A stretch of 64,000 bases of DNA from Pyrobaculum sp. (lineage in GTDB: Archaea > Thermoproteota > Thermoprotei > Thermoproteales > Thermoproteaceae). A program made the translations under genes and the position numbers. Positions 38,673 to 49,381 of the stretch are shown here, in pieces. Position 1 is the stretch's first letter; the number at the start of each line of letters is the position of its first letter. A model generated the notes under the pieces. It did not search any database. It was not told the DNA's origin and saw only the letters and a list, made by a program, of their open reading frames with translations. The stretch is from NCBI GenBank assembly GCA_046293555.1, contig JBKBOT010000006.1, positions 1 to 64,000 of the forward strand. Reading direction: 5' to 3'.

Positions 38673-39628
38673 TGTGGCCCCTTATCGCGTTGGCCACATT
38701 TGCGGCGGGGCTGGCTTTCGGCTTGTGGTGGATTCCCTTCCAGAAGTCTAGAGGCATAACCTCCCGGGACATATATAAAAATATAGACAACGTGCCAAAG
38801 GCAGGAGGGCTGATAGCGTTAGTGTCAGCCACTTTTGGCTACGCCCTCTCCTCCCTATATGTGGAGAAAGCCTTTTTAATTCTCCTCGCTGCTTTATTTA
38901 TAGGCGTGTTGGGACTTGTGGACGACTTACGCGGCCTTAGTGAATACCTCAGGGTGTTGGCGCCACTCCTGGCGGGGTTTATGTTAGCGCGATCTCTTGG
39001 AGAGGTGACGTTAACTATACCCGCGGTGGGTCTTTTCTACGGCGCCACGGGGTGGCTGGCCGTCTTGGCTATCCCCATAATGACTAATGCCTTCAACATG
39101 TTAGATCCGGTAAACGGCTTCCTGCCGGCAGCCAATATGGCCATCGCCCTCTCTCTGGCGGTAGTGGCCGTCTTGAGGGGGCAGACAGAGGCCTTAGCCC
39201 TACTGTCTATACACGCCGCCGCCTCTCTAGCGCTATATTTTTACAACCGCCACCCTGCGAGGTCTTTTAACGGCAACGTGGGGAGTTATTTCCTCGGCGG
39301 CAGTCTCTCCACCATAGCCGTGGCGTATGACATGGCGTCTTACTTAATACTAGCGGCATTGCCCTTTGTGATAAACGGGGCGTTGATAATTTTCTCTTCT
39401 GGCGGCATAAAGGGCAGGGAGAAGATCCAAAGGCCGACATATCTAAAAGAAGGCATGGTGCATCAAGACTGCTCCTCCCCAATTATCTCTCTCGTCAGAG
39501 TGACCGTGGCGGAGAGGCCCATGTCTGAATATCAGATATTTAGGGCGTTAGCCACACAAGTGACCATCTCCTCCAGCCTTGCGGCGGGTTTTGCGGCGTT
39601 ACTCGCCTATCTCAAGATGCCCATATGA
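38669..39628 (+). CDS. MraY/GPT-family UDP-GlcNAc--dolichyl-phosphate GlcNAc phosphotransferase (AglH-like)
   Basis: P..GG, GLVDD, NAFNMLD..NG, F.GN.G; polytopic membrane protein. Confidence 0.88.
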   Translation: MMWPLIALATFAAGLAFGLWWIPFQKSRGITSRDIYKNIDNVPKAGGLIALVSATFGYALSSLYVEKAFLILLAALFIGVLGLVDDLRGLSEYLRVLAPLLAGFMLARSLGEVTLTIPAVGLFYGATGWLAVLAIPIMTNAFNMLDPVNGFLPAANMAIALSLAVVAVLRGQTEALALLSIHAAASLALYFYNRHPARSFNGNVGSYFLGGSLSTIAVAYDMASYLILAALPFVINGALIIFSSGGIKGREKIQRPTYLKEGMVHQDCSSPIISLVRVTVAERPMSEYQIFRALATQVTISSSLAAGFAALLAYLKMPI

Positions 39629-39849
39629 GGGGGGCGCTTTTCCTACTGTTTTCCTCCTACGCCTTTTTGTTGTTACTACTGTTTGTAGGATCTAAGCTCC
39701 TTTGGGCCTTTAGGATAAGGCTGTGGGACGGCTTTACTATAGGCGACTTGGCCCTAGCGACTTTGGTCTTTCTTTATGGGTTACTTATATATATTGTAGC
39801 ACTTTTTTTCACACGTGGCAGTTGCAAAAATAGATATAGAGACCATTAG
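39625..39849 (+). CDS. small two-TM membrane protein
   Basis: ATGA overlap with the upstream gene; two hydrophobic segments. Confidence 0.6.
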   Translation: MRGALFLLFSSYAFLLLLLFVGSKLLWAFRIRLWDGFTIGDLALATLVFLYGLLIYIVALFFTRGSCKNRYRDH

Positions 39850-39961
39850 GTGTATTTACGGCAGCTCTCTCTGGGACTTTTGCATCAAGCTTAAAGGCCT
39901 TAGGGGGGAGGTGGCCAAGATAGAGCTAGAGGTAGAAAGACTGTTGGAATCCTTGTTGTGA
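39815..39961 (+). CDS. 48-aa hypothetical protein (not in ORF track)
   Basis: GTG about 21 nt after CTTATATATA; MAVAKIDIETIRCIYGSSLWDFCIKLKGLRGEVAKIELEVERLLESLL; GTGA overlap with the GTPase. Confidence 0.6.
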   Translation: MAVAKIDIETIRCIYGSSLWDFCIKLKGLRGEVAKIELEVERLLESLL

Positions 39962-40443
39962 TCCGCCGTTCTGTAGCCGTGTTGGGAATAGGGGGAGTGG
40001 GGAAGACCACCTACGTATTTAGGCTATTAGGCCTATCGCTAAGGCCTAGGGCAACTCTAAGGCCTGGCATATATAGGCTGTATTTAAAAGACAGGGAGAT
40101 AGACTTTATCGACGTGCCAGGCCAGCTGGCCGTAGATGTGGCTAGAAATTTCTCCAGGTCGTGGAGTTTTTACGTCGATTTGATGATATATATGTATGAC
40201 CTCACAGACCAAACTACTCTTTACGCCATAGCTGAGCTACACAGCGCGTTACTCGACAGGGGGATCACACCCTACAGGAAGGTTGTAATTGTGGGAAATA
40301 AAAAAGATCTAGCCGAAGAGCTGGGGATCTTTATAGATGCTACAGAAATCGCGACGGCTGTAGGCGCCTCCAGGATATATTACATATCTGCAGTAAGGGA
40401 CAACGTAGAGGTCTTATACAAGCCAATTGAGGAGAATATATGA
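39958..40443 (+). CDS. Ras-superfamily-like small GTPase
   Basis: G1 GIGGVGKT, G2 T, G3 DVPGQ, G4 NKKD, G5 SAV. Confidence 0.9.
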   Translation: MIRRSVAVLGIGGVGKTTYVFRLLGLSLRPRATLRPGIYRLYLKDREIDFIDVPGQLAVDVARNFSRSWSFYVDLMIYMYDLTDQTTLYAIAELHSALLDRGITPYRKVVIVGNKKDLAEELGIFIDATEIATAVGASRIYYISAVRDNVEVLYKPIEENI

Positions 40444-41264
40444 AAGAAATTATTGACGGCATTGCCTCTGCCCCATCTGTGGTCTTACTTACAGAAGTAG
40501 AGGAGGTGAGGCCAAGCCCGCGGCTAAAACCACTTTACGACTTTCTGGCAGATTTAGGGCTACTACAGAGGAAGGGAGATAAATACGTAAAGACGCAGGT
40601 ACCTCCACGCCAGAAGTCCGCGCTCTCTGAGGCAGTGGCAAAGCTTTTCCAAGAGGTGGTACTCCCCTATATAACCACAGGGGAGAGGGTATCTCACCTA
40701 CCTCACGACCTCCAGTGGGCTCTATATATCTACGTCTCCTCCTTCCAGACTATGAGAATTGTGATCACACAAGAGGTTTTGGGCTACGGCGGCCTCACGT
40801 TGGTGGCCGGGTGGTTTCCCTGCGGCTTTTCCTCCGAGCTGATCTCCATCGCCGGGAGAGACATCGTGGTGGTAGAAGAACGTGAAGATGTAGTGGCTTT
40901 AGAGATGGATAGACTCTCCCTTATTCCCTACACGCCGGCGCCACTCGGCCAAGAGCTAGCTGCCGCTAGTTTCTACGCCTTTGAGACCACCTCTTTAAGA
41001 GACGTCAGTTGGCTAGCTGAGAAATATGGCACGTTTGACACGGCGGTGGTGTGCAACAGAGGCGTGGATTTACGAGAGCTGGCAAAAATCGCCAAAGAGA
41101 TATACTACATAGCGCCTCTACACAAGTCGCTAGGGTATCTAAACGACGTGTTGCTGGGAGGGCTGGGGCTCTCGAGACCTACAGAAGACCTCAAGAAGGA
41201 GTTGACAAAAGTCAATGCCAGAGAGATAGAGGGCTTTATGGTTTACTTCATTACGACACGCTAG
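40440..41264 (+). CDS. hypothetical protein (possible wHTH plus degenerate methyltransferase-like fold)
   Basis: ATGA-coupled to the GTPase; L.DLGLLQRKGDKY wing-like motif. Confidence 0.65.
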   Translation: MKEIIDGIASAPSVVLLTEVEEVRPSPRLKPLYDFLADLGLLQRKGDKYVKTQVPPRQKSALSEAVAKLFQEVVLPYITTGERVSHLPHDLQWALYIYVSSFQTMRIVITQEVLGYGGLTLVAGWFPCGFSSELISIAGRDIVVVEEREDVVALEMDRLSLIPYTPAPLGQELAAASFYAFETTSLRDVSWLAEKYGTFDTAVVCNRGVDLRELAKIAKEIYYIAPLHKSLGYLNDVLLGGLGLSRPTEDLKKELTKVNAREIEGFMVYFITTR

Positions 41265-41944
41265 CGACAAGCCGCCCCGGAGAGCACTAAGTCAACTGCC
41301 TCCCTAAAGCCGAGGCCGCTGGGCCCTCTAACTACAGCTCTGGCAGCCGTCTTGGCTGCCGCCGTGGCGTTCCCCACGGCGATTCCCCACCCAACTTTCA
41401 ACATGCCGACATCCACGTCGCTATCGCCCACTGTGGCCACCGCGTGGCAGGAAATGCCGAAATTTTTACATATCCACCCCACCGCCGTGCCTTTATCCAC
41501 CCCGGCAGGCCTGACGTGAATGGCGTAGCCGCTGTGTTCTACAACATATCTATCCCCAACGGCCCTCTTTATTCTCTCCACGGCGTCTTCTGCCAGCGGT
41601 ATGTAGGCAAGGTCAAACTTCCTACATCTGTTCTGAGGGCTGGGGGCCACGGCGCCGGTGGATAACACCACCCTGTCTACTTCAGCCATGTCGCCGCCAC
41701 ATAGTTGATACTCCACGCCGCCTATATGGAGGACACATCCGTTTTCTGCAATTACGTCCCGTATCCCAAGATATCTCGCCACCGTGGTGGCAAAGTCGAG
41801 CCCATTTGCCGTGGCTAGGATAACCCACAGGCCGGCGTCTCTAGCCCTACGTAGGGCTAACAACGCCTCTATAGAGAGCTCATAGGTATTTCTGCCTAAT
41901 GTCAACGTGCCGTCTAGGTCTACCACCAGGGCTCTACAGTACAC
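41261..41944 (-). CDS. HAD-family phosphoglycolate phosphatase (Cof-type)
   Basis: DLDGTLT, ATAN, AENG, GVDKG, GDSDVD. Confidence 0.9.
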   Translation of the reverse strand: MYCRALVVDLDGTLTLGRNTYELSIEALLALRRARDAGLWVILATANGLDFATTVARYLGIRDVIAENGCVLHIGGVEYQLCGGDMAEVDRVVLSTGAVAPSPQNRCRKFDLAYIPLAEDAVERIKRAVGDRYVVEHSGYAIHVRPAGVDKGTAVGWICKNFGISCHAVATVGDSDVDVGMLKVGWGIAVGNATAAAKTAARAVVRGPSGLGFREAVDLVLSGAACR

Positions 41945-41973
41945 GGGGGAGAGAGATACGGCCTTTAAATAAA

Positions 41974-42059
<86 letters not shown>

Positions 42060-42089
42060 TGGCTAAGCCACGTGGCCCATTTTTAAATT

Positions 42090-42494
42090 TTACTCGGCGA
42101 GTAACACCCTGGCGTATTCCACTAGGGAGTTTCTCAAGGCGGTGTCTTCTAGCTGTAGGGCTGTGGCTAAGATGAGCTGGGCCAGTATGGGCCTTCTCTC
42201 GTCTTGAGGGAGGGAGTTAAGAATGCTGGCAGCCGCCGTGGAGATAAGGCCCACGGCCTCCTCCACCTTAAGCTCAAGTTGTGAAAGCAGGCTTGTCACC
42301 CTCCCCTCTGTCTTATACAGGGTGTAGATAGTGGTTAGCATCAAGAAGTCTACATCTGACAGCTGTAACTCCTCAGCCCACTCCTGGACTTTTTCCGGGT
42401 CTCTAGTTAGGTATTCAATAAATTTTTCTAATTTCTCCCTGGGTATTTGAAATATTTTTTCCGCATCTATAAGGAATTTCTCCATCCAATCCAT
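42090..42494 (-). CDS. hypothetical helical protein
   Basis: 134-aa ORF with a TATA about 20 nt upstream. Confidence 0.75.
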   Translation of the reverse strand: MDWMEKFLIDAEKIFQIPREKLEKFIEYLTRDPEKVQEWAEELQLSDVDFLMLTTIYTLYKTEGRVTSLLSQLELKVEEAVGLISTAAASILNSLPQDERRPILAQLILATALQLEDTALRNSLVEYARVLLAE

Positions 42495-42519
42495 AAAAAG
42501 ATCTTGTTGTATTATATTT

Positions 42520-43245
42520 GTGTTTAGCCGTGTGGGCGTGGGGTGGATATACCGCGGCTTTTTTGGCGTCGACGTGCCTGAAGATATAGACGTCGACGTG
42601 GTGTTGGTAACTCACCACCACATGAGACATGTGGCGGGGGCACAGAGGGCGAGGAGGGTGGTGATAAACCCGATTGAGTACGGCATGGCTACAGACCTAG
42701 AGAGGGCACTTCGCCACGCAGAGGTTGTGCTAAGGCGCGCGGGGGCGCCGAGAGAGAAGAGGCCCCACATATCTGCGCTAAGGTTTGGGGGGTCTGTGTA
42801 TAAGTTCACGGCGGGGTGGGTAGATCTAGGCGACTTGTCTATACGGGTGCTCCCCTGTGGCTCACACACATGGGGCCACACCTGTTTTGGCGTAGAAAAC
42901 GCGATATTTACTGGCGATCTCGAGAGCTGGATTGTAAGCGTCTCCACTTTTATCAACGTGTTGTACTCCCTAAAGGGGCTTAGAGGCTATGTGGCATATA
43001 CCGGAGGGGGCGAGAGGGTGCCGGTAGAGGAATATGTGGCGTCGTTAGAAAGCCGCTTTAAGAAACTACTGAAGACATATGTGGAGTGTCTCGGCGGGAG
43101 GACTCCCTACAACATTGCCCTATGTGCCCGAGGCGGCGGCGACGCCTTGCGACTTTCTGAAGAGGGCATAGCCTTCGTGAAATACCTGGCGGAAAACGGG
43201 TATGTCAAAATAGTCCACTCCTCCCCATATGTAGTCAAAACTTGA
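42520..43245 (+). CDS. metallo-beta-lactamase-fold protein (degenerate motif)
   Basis: VTHHHMRHVAG (HxHxDH with D replaced by R), HT.GH, FTGD. Confidence 0.75.
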   Translation: MFSRVGVGWIYRGFFGVDVPEDIDVDVVLVTHHHMRHVAGAQRARRVVINPIEYGMATDLERALRHAEVVLRRAGAPREKRPHISALRFGGSVYKFTAGWVDLGDLSIRVLPCGSHTWGHTCFGVENAIFTGDLESWIVSVSTFINVLYSLKGLRGYVAYTGGGERVPVEEYVASLESRFKKLLKTYVECLGGRTPYNIALCARGGGDALRLSEEGIAFVKYLAENGYVKIVHSSPYVVKT

Positions 43246-43585
43246 CGCACCGCAGCGCCTCGACGAGGCCGCATTTAAACAGGTGGCCGGGGGCCTCCGG
43301 GTTGTCCGTAGAGCCGAAGCCCTCCACCGCTTGACACATCTCGGCGAGGCATCTAGCCACCTCCCTCTCGCCTCTTCTCGTCAAGACGCCATAGAGGGCG
43401 CGGCACTGTAGAAAATCCACGTGCCACCTCCTGGCCTTAGGCCTCTCCAGATGTCTCAAAACCCGCCTTAGGCACGAGGCGCCGCAAGACCCCACATATA
43501 TGTAGACACCCCCCTCTATCACAAATCTAGCCATAGCCACCTGGGGGGGACACTGGAAGAAGACCAGATAGCCCCCACGCCCCAT
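43235..43585 (-). CDS. GIY-YIG (DUF123) nuclease family protein
   Basis: G.Y, YIYVGS, R..RH, WHVDFL, E..A, GFGSTD. Confidence 0.85.
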   Translation of the reverse strand: MGRGGYLVFFQCPPQVAMARFVIEGGVYIYVGSCGASCLRRVLRHLERPKARRWHVDFLQCRALYGVLTRRGEREVARCLAEMCQAVEGFGSTDNPEAPGHLFKCGLVEALRCVKF

Positions 43586-43612
43586 TTATAGCTATATACC
43601 AGAGAGATATAT

Positions 43613-43662
43613 ATGATGAGCCAGGCTTGGCGGAGTTCATGACGGCACACGACCTCCTCTGA
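43613..43662 (+). ncRNA. box C/D guide sRNA candidate
   Basis: C ATGATGA - GCCAGGCTTGG - D' CGGA - C' TTCATGA - 16 nt - D CTGA; TTTATA about 20 nt upstream. Confidence 0.75.
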
Positions 43663-43693
43663 AACTTTTTTATAACCATAGCCCCACTCCCAC

Positions 43694-45322
43694 ATGAGAA
43701 CGATGTTGGTGGTGCTCACAGTCGGCATGCTCCTCCTTGCAGCCACTTGGGCCACACACCTCGTCAAGGTGGCCACGGTGGAGATAAACGCCTTGGCCGT
43801 GGGGCCTACAGGCGGCTCTGTCCTCCCCATTGAGGTAACCCTCCTCTCGCCTGGCGACGGCAGAGCCTATGTGGCGGGAGTCCCCGAGGCGGGACAGGGC
43901 TTTGGCCCCTCTGCACAGCTGGCGCTATATGTGGCCTCTAGGCTCTCGGGGGCGCCGTATACAAACTACACGGCCCTCCTACGGGTGATCTCCAGCGACA
44001 CCCAAGTGGGGGGGCCGTCCGCAAGTGGGTACATAGCGGTGGCTATCTACGCGCTGATCAACGGGCTGGCTCTCAGAAATGACACCGCCATGACTGGAAT
44101 AATTCTGCCAGATGGCCTCATAGGGCCTGTGGGCGGGGTCTCCCAGAAGGTACGGGCGGCGGCCTCCGAGGGGATTAAGACCGTGTTGGTGCCTATCGGC
44201 GAGAGGCCAAACGCCCGGGGGGTAAAAGTGGTGGAGGTTGGCACCATAGAGGATGCCATCTATTATCTCACCGGGCGGAAGCTAAACCGAACTGAAGTCA
44301 TGGCGGTAGACGACCGGGCGTTTAGACAGGTTTCAAAAAGACTTCTAGACGCCGTATATAGTTATTACAACCAGACCGTTGGGAAGGGCTATGTCGACAT
44401 ATCCACTGTGGAGAGGCTTAAGGCGAGTGGCATGTACTACGCAGCCGCCTCGCTTATATATAGGGGGTTGGTGGATTATTACAACCAAGCCGCCTCCCGC
44501 AGCTCCCGTATGTTTTACAGCCAGGCGCTTCAGTTGGCCAAGGAGGCTGAGTCCGAGCTGGAGGCCATCCCCCTTACTGTAAACAACCTGGACCTAGTGG
44601 TGGCTAGTTACATCAGGATTTACGACATATATCTCCAGGCCAACTCCACCTCGCCGCAGGTGGGAGCCATGTACGCCAGAGCTGTGACGTTAAGGCCGTG
44701 GATAGAGGAGGCCCGCAGGGCGGCGACAGGCCCCGGCATTGAGAAAAGCGGCTTGGCAGAGGTGGCGAGGATGTATCTAGATTACGCCAGGAGCATGTAT
44801 GCATATGTGGAGACCACATATAGGATAACCTCTAGCGACATGGCTGCCGCCATGCAGCTTTCTGAAGGTCTCTACAGACGGGGTCTCCACCTGGCCTCTA
44901 TGGCCACCTCTATAGACATAATTTCGAGAGCCGCCGCAGTGTTGATGGGGCAGGCTTCTGATAGGTACGCCACTGTGGCCAGAAGGCTGGCGTTAAGCAA
45001 CATGGCCGCGGCGGCGCCGTGTGGGTACCCCAACACCCTCCCCCTCAGCTATCTCCAGTATGGGGACTACTTCGCCTCTCAAAACGACGCCGGCACCGCG
45101 TTGACGTACTACATAATGGCCTCAATTTACTCCACAGCTATAGGCGACGTGGTGTGTAAACCCGAACTACTTACCCACCACGACTTCTCGCCCCCGCCGC
45201 CCCCGTCCACAGTGTACATCCAGCCCCCCGCCGTGGAGAAAAACAAGGGGGGAGAGATATGGCTTGTGGCTCTCCTCGCGCTGCTGGCAGCCACGGCGCT
45301 TATCTACGCCTCTAGACGGTAA
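43694..45322 (+). CDS. membrane-anchored Lon-like (S16) serine protease
   Basis: Signal peptide, GGPSAS, MTG.I.PDG.IGPVGG...K, Pro-rich linker and C-terminal TM. Confidence 0.88.
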   Translation: MRTMLVVLTVGMLLLAATWATHLVKVATVEINALAVGPTGGSVLPIEVTLLSPGDGRAYVAGVPEAGQGFGPSAQLALYVASRLSGAPYTNYTALLRVISSDTQVGGPSASGYIAVAIYALINGLALRNDTAMTGIILPDGLIGPVGGVSQKVRAAASEGIKTVLVPIGERPNARGVKVVEVGTIEDAIYYLTGRKLNRTEVMAVDDRAFRQVSKRLLDAVYSYYNQTVGKGYVDISTVERLKASGMYYAAASLIYRGLVDYYNQAASRSSRMFYSQALQLAKEAESELEAIPLTVNNLDLVVASYIRIYDIYLQANSTSPQVGAMYARAVTLRPWIEEARRAATGPGIEKSGLAEVARMYLDYARSMYAYVETTYRITSSDMAAAMQLSEGLYRRGLHLASMATSIDIISRAAAVLMGQASDRYATVARRLALSNMAAAAPCGYPNTLPLSYLQYGDYFASQNDAGTALTYYIMASIYSTAIGDVVCKPELLTHHDFSPPPPPSTVYIQPPAVEKNKGGEIWLVALLALLAATALIYASRR

Positions 45323-45590
45323 CCACACTTCTGTTTCTCTTCCTCTTCTGGCCTTTGGGGAGTAGGGCCGCTATGAAGAAGGCAAGTGGCACCAGGTACT
45401 CCCAATATGGCGCATAGATATATACAATTGCCACAAGCCGTTCCACCAAGTCGCCGTTTGTCAACACCGCAGGTATAGATAACAACACTAGTCCTGCCAC
45501 GGCAAGTGCCGTCAGGACTCTATCTCTCACACGTCTCAAAGCCACCGCCGTGACTATGGCAATTATGACGAAGGCCAACAGCCCCGTCAT
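45312..45590 (-). CDS. small membrane protein
   Basis: About three hydrophobic segments and a basic tail. Confidence 0.65.
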   Translation of the reverse strand: MTGLLAFVIIAIVTAVALRRVRDRVLTALAVAGLVLLSIPAVLTNGDLVERLVAIVYIYAPYWEYLVPLAFFIAALLPKGQKRKRNRSVVTV

Positions 45591-45676
45591 GGGCCATGCC
45601 GACAGGGGGCGTTATATTTCTAGCACTTATTATAACTCCAGACTTTATATTTTAATATCCGCCAGAGTGCTGGCCC

Positions 45677-46168
45677 GTGTGGTTACTTCCACTTACAAGA
45701 GATGAGGCGGTAGAGGCGATAAAAAAGGCGTACGGAATCGCGCAGGACTACGCCAGAAGGGTTGGGGGCAGGGTGGAGTTACTCCAGCCTAGACACATAT
45801 ATGGGGAAAGGGCAGACCAGATGGGGTATAGCCTCCACACTGGCAGAACTACCCTAAACCTCCCCCCCGCGGCGGTGGTGGTAATATGGGGTTTCTACAA
45901 CCCAGACCCCCAGCTGGAATTTGTGAGATTTATCCAAGAGGGGCGTACCTACGAGTGGTTTATAAAGCCCATCGCCACATACCCAGAGAGGATTGGAGTA
46001 TGGACAGAAGAGCCGCCAGTATTTAGAAACGCCCTAGAGATAGAAATACGCCTAACTACAGGTGAGAGAGCCAACGGGTGGCCACTTGGCTACTTCATAA
46101 CGCCCGCACAGCCACCCCCAAAGCCGCCGCGCGGGAAGGGTAGAGGATGGAGGGGGCGGTCCCGGTAG
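45677..46168 (+). CDS. hypothetical beta-rich protein (possible single jelly-roll, virus-derived)
   Basis: GTG after TTTTAATA; alternating beta-strand pattern; Arg/Gly/Pro-rich tail; overlaps the recombinase. Confidence 0.65.
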   Translation: MWLLPLTRDEAVEAIKKAYGIAQDYARRVGGRVELLQPRHIYGERADQMGYSLHTGRTTLNLPPAAVVVIWGFYNPDPQLEFVRFIQEGRTYEWFIKPIATYPERIGVWTEEPPVFRNALEIEIRLTTGERANGWPLGYFITPAQPPPKPPRGKGRGWRGRSR

Positions 46169-46905
46169 TTACCTACATCCGCGTTAGCACCGAGGAGCAA
46201 GATCCAGAGAACCAGAGGGCCTACCTGGAGCGGTGGGCCGCCGGGAGGGGGCTTCACATCCTTCGGCATTACGTCGAGAGGGGCGTCTCTGGCGCCGTGC
46301 CGCCATGGGAGCGGCCGGCGTTTAGACAGCTAGTAGAGGAGGCGCCCCAGCTGGGCGTAAAGGCGCTGCTTGTATACGAGCTTAGCCGCCTCGTTAGGAG
46401 TTTCGGCGAGCTTTTCACCCTTATGGAGCTAGTGGAGGGCAGGCTGGGGATTGTGGTTATCTCCGCCAGCGAGCGGGAGGCCGCCCTTCAGAACATAGAC
46501 GGGGTATATAGGCAGTTCCTCAGAGCCGTCCTGGCCTTTGTGGCAACAATGGAGCGGGAGTTTATCCGCCAGCGCACCAAGGCGGCGCTGGAGAGGGCCA
46601 GGCGGGAGGGAAAAATCTGGAATGTGGCTGAACGCCGCCCGGAGCTAGTTGCAGCTGTGACAGAGATGTACGGTGGCGGCGCCACGCTGGGCGAGATAGC
46701 TAGGACGCTAGGCCTCTCTACCTACGAGGTGAGACGCCTCCTGGCTGCCGCCGGGCTATACAGGCCGTCTGACAGCACTTGCCCCCGTTGTTTCTCCAAG
46801 ATGAAGGCCGTGGAGAGGACAGCCAAGATCGAGGGGGGCAGATATGTGGTGGTAGAGAGGCTGTACTGTAGGAACTGTGGCTACGAGGAGGCGAGGTATA
46901 GATAG
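46147..46905 (+). CDS. serine recombinase (resolvase/invertase family) with C-terminal HTH and Zn ribbon
   Basis: YIRVSTEEQ, SG....RP, SRL.RS, EREFIRQRT; CPRC...CRNC. Confidence 0.92.
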   Translation: MEGAVPVVTYIRVSTEEQDPENQRAYLERWAAGRGLHILRHYVERGVSGAVPPWERPAFRQLVEEAPQLGVKALLVYELSRLVRSFGELFTLMELVEGRLGIVVISASEREAALQNIDGVYRQFLRAVLAFVATMEREFIRQRTKAALERARREGKIWNVAERRPELVAAVTEMYGGGATLGEIARTLGLSTYEVRRLLAAAGLYRPSDSTCPRCFSKMKAVERTAKIEGGRYVVVERLYCRNCGYEEARYR

Positions 46906-46954
46906 TCAGTTCTTAAAGGACTCGCCACATGTCGGCGAGGTGAAGCCACATCAC
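46906..46954 (-). ncRNA. box C/D guide sRNA candidate
   Basis: C GTGATGT - GGCTTCACCTCG - D' CCGA - C' GTGGCGA - GTCCTTTAAGAA - D CTGA. Confidence 0.65.
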
Positions 46955-46974
46955 CAACATCCACCTTTCTTTAT

Positions 46975-47517
46975 CTAAAAAATCTTTATGTACTCAGCGA
47001 TGTCGTACCCCCGCCTCTTAAACTCTCTATAGTCCTCATGTCGCGACCAGGGGTAGGAGATCCATATCCACTCGTCGACCTTCTCTACGTAATAGTCTGG
47101 GGTAAATCTACTTGTGGCTTTTAGATGTAATACAGCTGTCTTTACCTCCCGTGCCCCCATTAGGTCGAGGATGTTTTTTATAAACATGAGGGTGTGGCCT
47201 GTGTCTGTCACCTCGTCTACTACTAACGCCCTTCTGTCTCTAACCACGCCTGGCTCTATGTTGTGGTAAAGCACCGGCCTCTCGGCCCTCCTCTGTGCTA
47301 AACCCCAGTGCTTCACGCCTATGGACACCACGTCGTCTATTTCCAACACGTCGCTCATTATACGTGCGGGGACTAGGCCGCCTCTAGAGACCGCCACTAT
47401 AACTCCCGGCTGGTATCTAGACTCCTGGACTTTTCTAGCAAGAGCCTCGCTTAACATGATGCCTTCTTTCCACGAGATAAACCTCACTTTAACGCCACCT
47501 ATCTCCACAATGGCCAT
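46975..47517 (-). CDS. type I (purine) phosphoribosyltransferase
   Basis: SRGGLVPA, LVVDEVTDTGHT, PDYY, WI.YPW. Confidence 0.9.
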   Translation of the reverse strand: MAIVEIGGVKVRFISWKEGIMLSEALARKVQESRYQPGVIVAVSRGGLVPARIMSDVLEIDDVVSIGVKHWGLAQRRAERPVLYHNIEPGVVRDRRALVVDEVTDTGHTLMFIKNILDLMGAREVKTAVLHLKATSRFTPDYYVEKVDEWIWISYPWSRHEDYREFKRRGYDIAEYIKIF

Positions 47518-47549
47518 AGGTGGCGTGTTGTAGAGATTTTAAACTATTG

Positions 47550-47607
47550 TCAGCGCCCGCCATCAGGTAGGCTCTCGTCACAAATAGGCGTGGGTTCAAC
47601 TCCTCAC
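47550..47607 (-). ncRNA. box C/D guide sRNA candidate (tRNA T-arm guide)
   Basis: C GTGAGGA - GTTGAACCCACG - D' CCTA - C' GTGACGA - guide - CTGA (47566-63 and 47553-50); TTTATATA about 22 nt upstream. Confidence 0.7.
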
Positions 47608-47625
47608 CTGTAGGTCAGTGTTTAG

Positions 47626-49251
<1,626 letters not shown>

Positions 49252-49381
49252 GGTCCAGCGGCGTTTCCACAAAGGAGTTGTGAAGACATCCCCCCTCCGC
49301 TGCCTTTATGAAGTGGGGCTATACCACCTAGCTGGCGCAAACGCCAGCCTGGCTAATACCAGAAGTGTAAAGCTCATAAAA

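Noticed and set aside
46147-46905. IS607-type element
   Set aside because: The HTH is C-terminal rather than N-terminal and there is no adjacent tnpB
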